A stretch of 64,000 nt of DNA from Candidatus Sulfopaludibacter sp. SbA3 (GTDB taxonomy: Bacteria > Acidobacteriota > Terriglobia > Bryobacterales > Bryobacteraceae). Under the pieces are notes generated by a model that had not been told where the DNA came from, made no database searches, and saw nothing but the letters and a program-made list of their open reading frames with translations. The translations under genes and the position numbers were made by a program. Location: the NCBI GenBank assembly GCA_945861625.1, contig CAMAVI010000001.1:81944-145943 (forward strand), read 5' to 3'. This document shows, in pieces, positions 61,054-64,000 of the stretch (position 1 is the first letter of the stretch; the number at the start of each line of letters is the position of its first letter).

Positions 61054-62967
61054 ATGCCAGGGAGCGGTCGCGTGTATAGTTCGTCCACGGTGCTGGGGCT
61101 TTATGCCACGCTTCTGTTCGCCGGATTGGCCTACGCCCAGGCGCCGGCCGCACAATCTATTTTTGCCGACTGGCGCCAGACCGGCAATACTGTAGCCGAT
61201 GCAGGATTGGCCGGGAACGCGTCGGGTCCCGCAACCCGGGTATGGTACGCCGATGGAAGCGTTCTGGTGCGGACACGGTCCGGACGGATTTTCGAGACCA
61301 GCGACTTCGAACATTGGCAGCGATCTGCGATGCGGGTTCCCGCGATCCCGCAAAGTGCTCCCGTTTCCACTCTCCCCGAATTCGGTGCGCGCGCGATTCC
61401 GGCTGGCGGCGGACGCCTTTACGCATTCGGCGTTTTTGTCTACCTCTCCGATGATGGCGGAAAGAGTTGGGAAAACTTGACGGAGTTTCACGGCACCTCG
61501 ATTGTGGGCGCCGGTCTACGTGACCTGAGTGTTGCGCCAGGAGACAAGGACGAACTAGTGGTTGCGGGAGACGCGGGTCTGTTCCGCTCCGTGGACGGGG
61601 GAAAGTCGTGGTCGGGGATCAATGACGGTTTGCCGAACTTCCCGGTAGCCCGGATATTGGATCTTCCTTCCGGTGACCAAGGTCTGCGCGTGGCGCTGTG
61701 GAACCCAACTCCTTTGCGCAACGATGCCGCGGCTTGGCCACCGGGAAACAAGTTGGCCTGGCTGCCCGCATCCAGCCGTGATGTGGATACTGAATCCCAG
61801 TTGCGCGCGGCGCTTTCCGAGCGGTTTGGCATCACAGTGACCGCCATTGCCATGGTGGGGGACTCCATATATGCGGGCCTGGGGACGGGCGAGATTCGCG
61901 TTTCAACGGATCGCGGACTGGACTGGCGTGGTTCCGCGTTCCATGCCGGCGCGGTCGAGCGCTTTTGGATCGATCCTCAGGATTCACGCACCGCCTTGGC
62001 GGTATTGGGAGCCGCTCCGGCAGACTTGTTCCGTAGCGGCCCAAGCGCGCATGTCCTCCACACCGCCAACAGCGGCGCTTTTTGGGATGATTTCACGGCG
62101 AATCTTCCGGACGCGGGCGCACACGGCATCACGGCCGATCGCGCCAGCGGCGCGATCTATGTTGCCGCCGATCACGGCGTCTTTTTGTCGTACGCGGATT
62201 TGGGCGGCTTAGGAGCCGTACAACCTTGGACGCCTCTACCCGGCCTTCCCGATGCGGCCGCGATGGACGTCAAACTCGATGCGCAAGGCAATCAACTGTG
62301 GGCCGCGGTGGATGGCTATGGGATGTATTCGACGCTGGCGCCGCACCGGTTGCGCGATCCCAGCGTTGTGAGCGCCGCCGATCTGATCACGCGCGCGGTG
62401 GCGCCGGGGTCCTTGGTAACGATCCTGGGTGCGAAGGTGGCTGCTGTCCAAGCCAATGGCTTGCCGGCTCCCGTGCTCGCCGCGACCGCGACTGAAACTC
62501 AGGTGCAGATTCCGTTTGATGCGCGCGGTATTTCGCTCTCGCTGGATGCCGGCCTCCATCTGCCGTCCTTGCCGCTGGCTGATGCCGCTCCGGTAATCTT
62601 CGTCTCGCGCGACGGCTCGCCTATGCTTGTGGACGCGGAAAAAGGGGTGCTGCTGGACGCCATGACGCCCGCGCATTCGGGAACGCGTGTGCAAATTCTG
62701 GCGGCCGGATTAGGGCAAGTTGTACCCAGTTGGCCCGCGGGCGTCCCTGCTCCGCGGGATAATCCGCCGCGCGTCGCGGGAACGGTGCATGCTTTCCTCG
62801 ACCGTATGCCGGTGGAAGTGATCCGCGCCGAATTGGCCGCCGGCTACATCGGGTTTTATCTGGTGGAAATCAACATCCCTCGCATCTCCAACTACGGTCC
62901 GGCCGAACTGTATCTGGATGTGGACGGCGCGCCAAGCAACCGCGTACGGGTGTATATTGAGCCGTGA
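61054..62967 (+). CDS. Secreted BNR/Asp-box beta-propeller protein with a Solibacter-type C-terminal domain
   Basis: 637 aa with a signal peptide. Asp-box repeats SDDGGKSW, SVDGGKSW and STDRGLDW are present. The C-terminal roughly 200 aa (..APGSLVTILGAKV..TQVQIPFD..AGYIGFYLVEINIP..) resembles the Soli_cterm domain (TIGR03437, from memory). Confidence 0.65.
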   Translation: MPGSGRVYSSSTVLGLYATLLFAGLAYAQAPAAQSIFADWRQTGNTVADAGLAGNASGPATRVWYADGSVLVRTRSGRIFETSDFEHWQRSAMRVPAIPQSAPVSTLPEFGARAIPAGGGRLYAFGVFVYLSDDGGKSWENLTEFHGTSIVGAGLRDLSVAPGDKDELVVAGDAGLFRSVDGGKSWSGINDGLPNFPVARILDLPSGDQGLRVALWNPTPLRNDAAAWPPGNKLAWLPASSRDVDTESQLRAALSERFGITVTAIAMVGDSIYAGLGTGEIRVSTDRGLDWRGSAFHAGAVERFWIDPQDSRTALAVLGAAPADLFRSGPSAHVLHTANSGAFWDDFTANLPDAGAHGITADRASGAIYVAADHGVFLSYADLGGLGAVQPWTPLPGLPDAAAMDVKLDAQGNQLWAAVDGYGMYSTLAPHRLRDPSVVSAADLITRAVAPGSLVTILGAKVAAVQANGLPAPVLAATATETQVQIPFDARGISLSLDAGLHLPSLPLADAAPVIFVSRDGSPMLVDAEKGVLLDAMTPAHSGTRVQILAAGLGQVVPSWPAGVPAPRDNPPRVAGTVHAFLDRMPVEVIRAELAAGYIGFYLVEINIPRISNYGPAELYLDVDGAPSNRVRVYIEP

Positions 62968-63527
62968 TGATACTGCGCCGCATTTTGTTTCTTCCCGTCT
63001 TGTTGCTGGCTCTTCTGACCACGGCCCTCTTGCTGATTGCCCAACAGAAAAATGACGATGCCAAGATCGCGCCGTATTATCCGACGCCCCAGACCATCGT
63101 CGACAAGATGCTGCAATTCGGTGAACTGAAGCCCGGCGAGAAAATGTGGGATCTGGGTTCCGGAGACGGCCGCATTGTGATCGCCGCCGCGCGGAAGTTT
63201 AAGGCCGATGCAACCGGCGTCGAACTTGACGAGACTCTCTACAAACAGAGCGTGGCACGCATCAAGACCCTGGGTCTGGCGCCCACGGCCCGCATTATCC
63301 TGGGCGACTTGCTGCGGCAGGACTACTCTTCGGCTGATTTATTGACGATCTATCTTTTGCCCGTGGCCATCGAAAAAGTAACTCCGATTTTCGACAAGCA
63401 ACTGAAGAAAGGAACCCGCATCGTAGCGCACGATTTTGAGTTCCGCCAGTGGGCGCCCGCCAAGACCCTGGATATCGATGATGACGGCGAGGGCCGCAGT
63501 CATCGCCTGTTCCTGTACCGGCGGTAA
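62964..63527 (+). CDS. Class I SAM-dependent methyltransferase (membrane-anchored or secreted)
   Basis: 187 aa. It has an N-terminal hydrophobic segment and a SAM motif I (MWDLGSGDGRIVIAAA). 4-nt overlap with the preceding gene. Confidence 0.75.
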   Translation: MMILRRILFLPVLLLALLTTALLLIAQQKNDDAKIAPYYPTPQTIVDKMLQFGELKPGEKMWDLGSGDGRIVIAAARKFKADATGVELDETLYKQSVARIKTLGLAPTARIILGDLLRQDYSSADLLTIYLLPVAIEKVTPIFDKQLKKGTRIVAHDFEFRQWAPAKTLDIDDDGEGRSHRLFLYRR

Positions 63528-63567
63528 GGACGGGCAGCGGACGAGGTTGGCGGCGGAAGTTTGACCC

Positions 63568-64000
63568 ATGGTTCCCTTTCACGGACGTTTCGCATTGCGG
63601 GTGGCCCGCGTGGTCCTGGCGCTGGCCTGCCTGGCCTGGTATCCCTTCACCGGGGCGCGGATTTCCTCGGCGCTGGTGTTCCTCATCGCCTATGCGATCT
63701 TCGCCGTGGGCACGCTGTTTGAAACCCGCTTCGATGCCAGTCCGCGGGCGCTCATCGCGTTGGTGATCGACTTTGTCTTTTTCGCTGTCTGCCGCTGGCT
63801 GATTCCAGCGAACTGGGCTCCGGAACTCGCCTTCGGATATGTATTGATCTCCGCCGCCTCGGTGCATGCCTTGCGCTGGGTTCTGCTGGCCAGCGGGCTG
63901 GGCCTGCCGCTGACTTTGTTGGCGGCGCCCGGGAGCGGATTGATCTGGGCCAACCTGGGTACGGTCGCGACGGCCGTGGCCTTTTCGTTCTATAAACGTT
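63568..64000 (+). CDS. Polytopic membrane protein, N-terminal part (runs off the right edge)
   Basis: The frame is open from ATG 63568 to the window end (MVPFHGRFALRVARVVLALACLAWYPF...), with several hydrophobic segments. It may be a sensor-kinase membrane domain, but no family motif is visible yet. Confidence 0.4.
   Translation, partial: MVPFHGRFALRVARVVLALACLAWYPFTGARISSALVFLIAYAIFAVGTLFETRFDASPRALIALVIDFVFFAVCRWLIPANWAPELAFGYVLISAASVHALRWVLLASGLGLPLTLLAAPGSGLIWANLGTVATAVAFSFYKR

Noticed and set aside
1-64000. Search for tRNA, rRNA, CRISPR, IS elements, integrases or prophage genes
   Set aside because: No intergenic region is long enough or shows cloverleaf-like or array-like structure, and no ORF shows transposase, integrase or phage motifs. 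None are reported.

Overview
Visibly GC-rich chromosomal DNA, most likely from an Acidobacteriota genome of the Solibacter/Bryobacter type. The protein at 61054..62967 ends in the Solibacter-type C-terminal domain, and gene content fits. I saw no rRNA, tRNA, CRISPR array, transposase or integrase. Layout: (i) 1..6883 is a flagellar hook/rod/ring cluster, with flgE-flgD-fliK on the minus strand diverging from flgF-flgG-flgA-flgH-flgI-rod-binding protein on the plus strand. (ii) 6914..9163 holds a small di-haem cytochrome c and a partial F0 operon (atpZ-like, atpI, atpB, atpE) that stops after subunit c. (iii) 9212..26008 is mixed housekeeping and accessory genes: DHDPS-family aldolase, CheW, O-antigen-ligase-like protein, ArsC/Spx-family protein, an ECF sigma/anti-sigma/unknown secreted protein module, thiolase+DUF35, rlmH, SpoIID-like, hemH, rsmI, lpxD, a Tat-exported beta-propeller, an MntA/HepT toxin-antitoxin pair with a frameshifted toxin, an M29 aminopeptidase, and an MBL-fold hydrolase with a very His-rich leader. 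(iv) 26298..51583 is a 22-gene, single-strand, tightly packed extracellular-polysaccharide locus. It opens with a NusG paralogue and contains Wza/Wzc/Wzx/Wzy, five glycosyltransferases, two NodU/CmcH carbamoyltransferases (one followed by SxtJ-like and DUF5989/SxtK-like mini-genes), a WxcM-type acetyltransferase-isomerase plus aminotransferase, an AsnB-type amidotransferase, a second aminotransferase with a TPP-dependent E1 alpha/beta pair, an initiating phosphoglycosyl transferase and a CapD-type dehydratase. (v) 52052..57714 is a translationally coupled six-gene operon of mostly unknown function: O-antigen-ligase-like, secreted beta-rich protein, TPR-like protein, Zn-ribbon membrane protein, TonB-C protein, degenerate M48-like protein. 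(vi) 57704..64000 holds class I fumarase, a FecR-like/secreted protein/53-aa Cys-rich mini-ORF operon, a BNR-repeat protein, a methyltransferase and a partial membrane protein. No single unmistakably novel system stands out. The best candidates for follow-up are the six-gene operon in (v), the carbamoyltransferase-SxtJ-DUF5989 module, the E1 alpha/beta sugar-modification module, the His-rich Tat leader, the unlisted Cys-rich mini-ORF, and two small repeat families (REP-like hairpin pairs and a 3x10-bp iteron upstream of the ECF sigma gene). Most long ORFs in the six-frame track that lie antisense to the genes listed here are GC-rich shadow ORFs.
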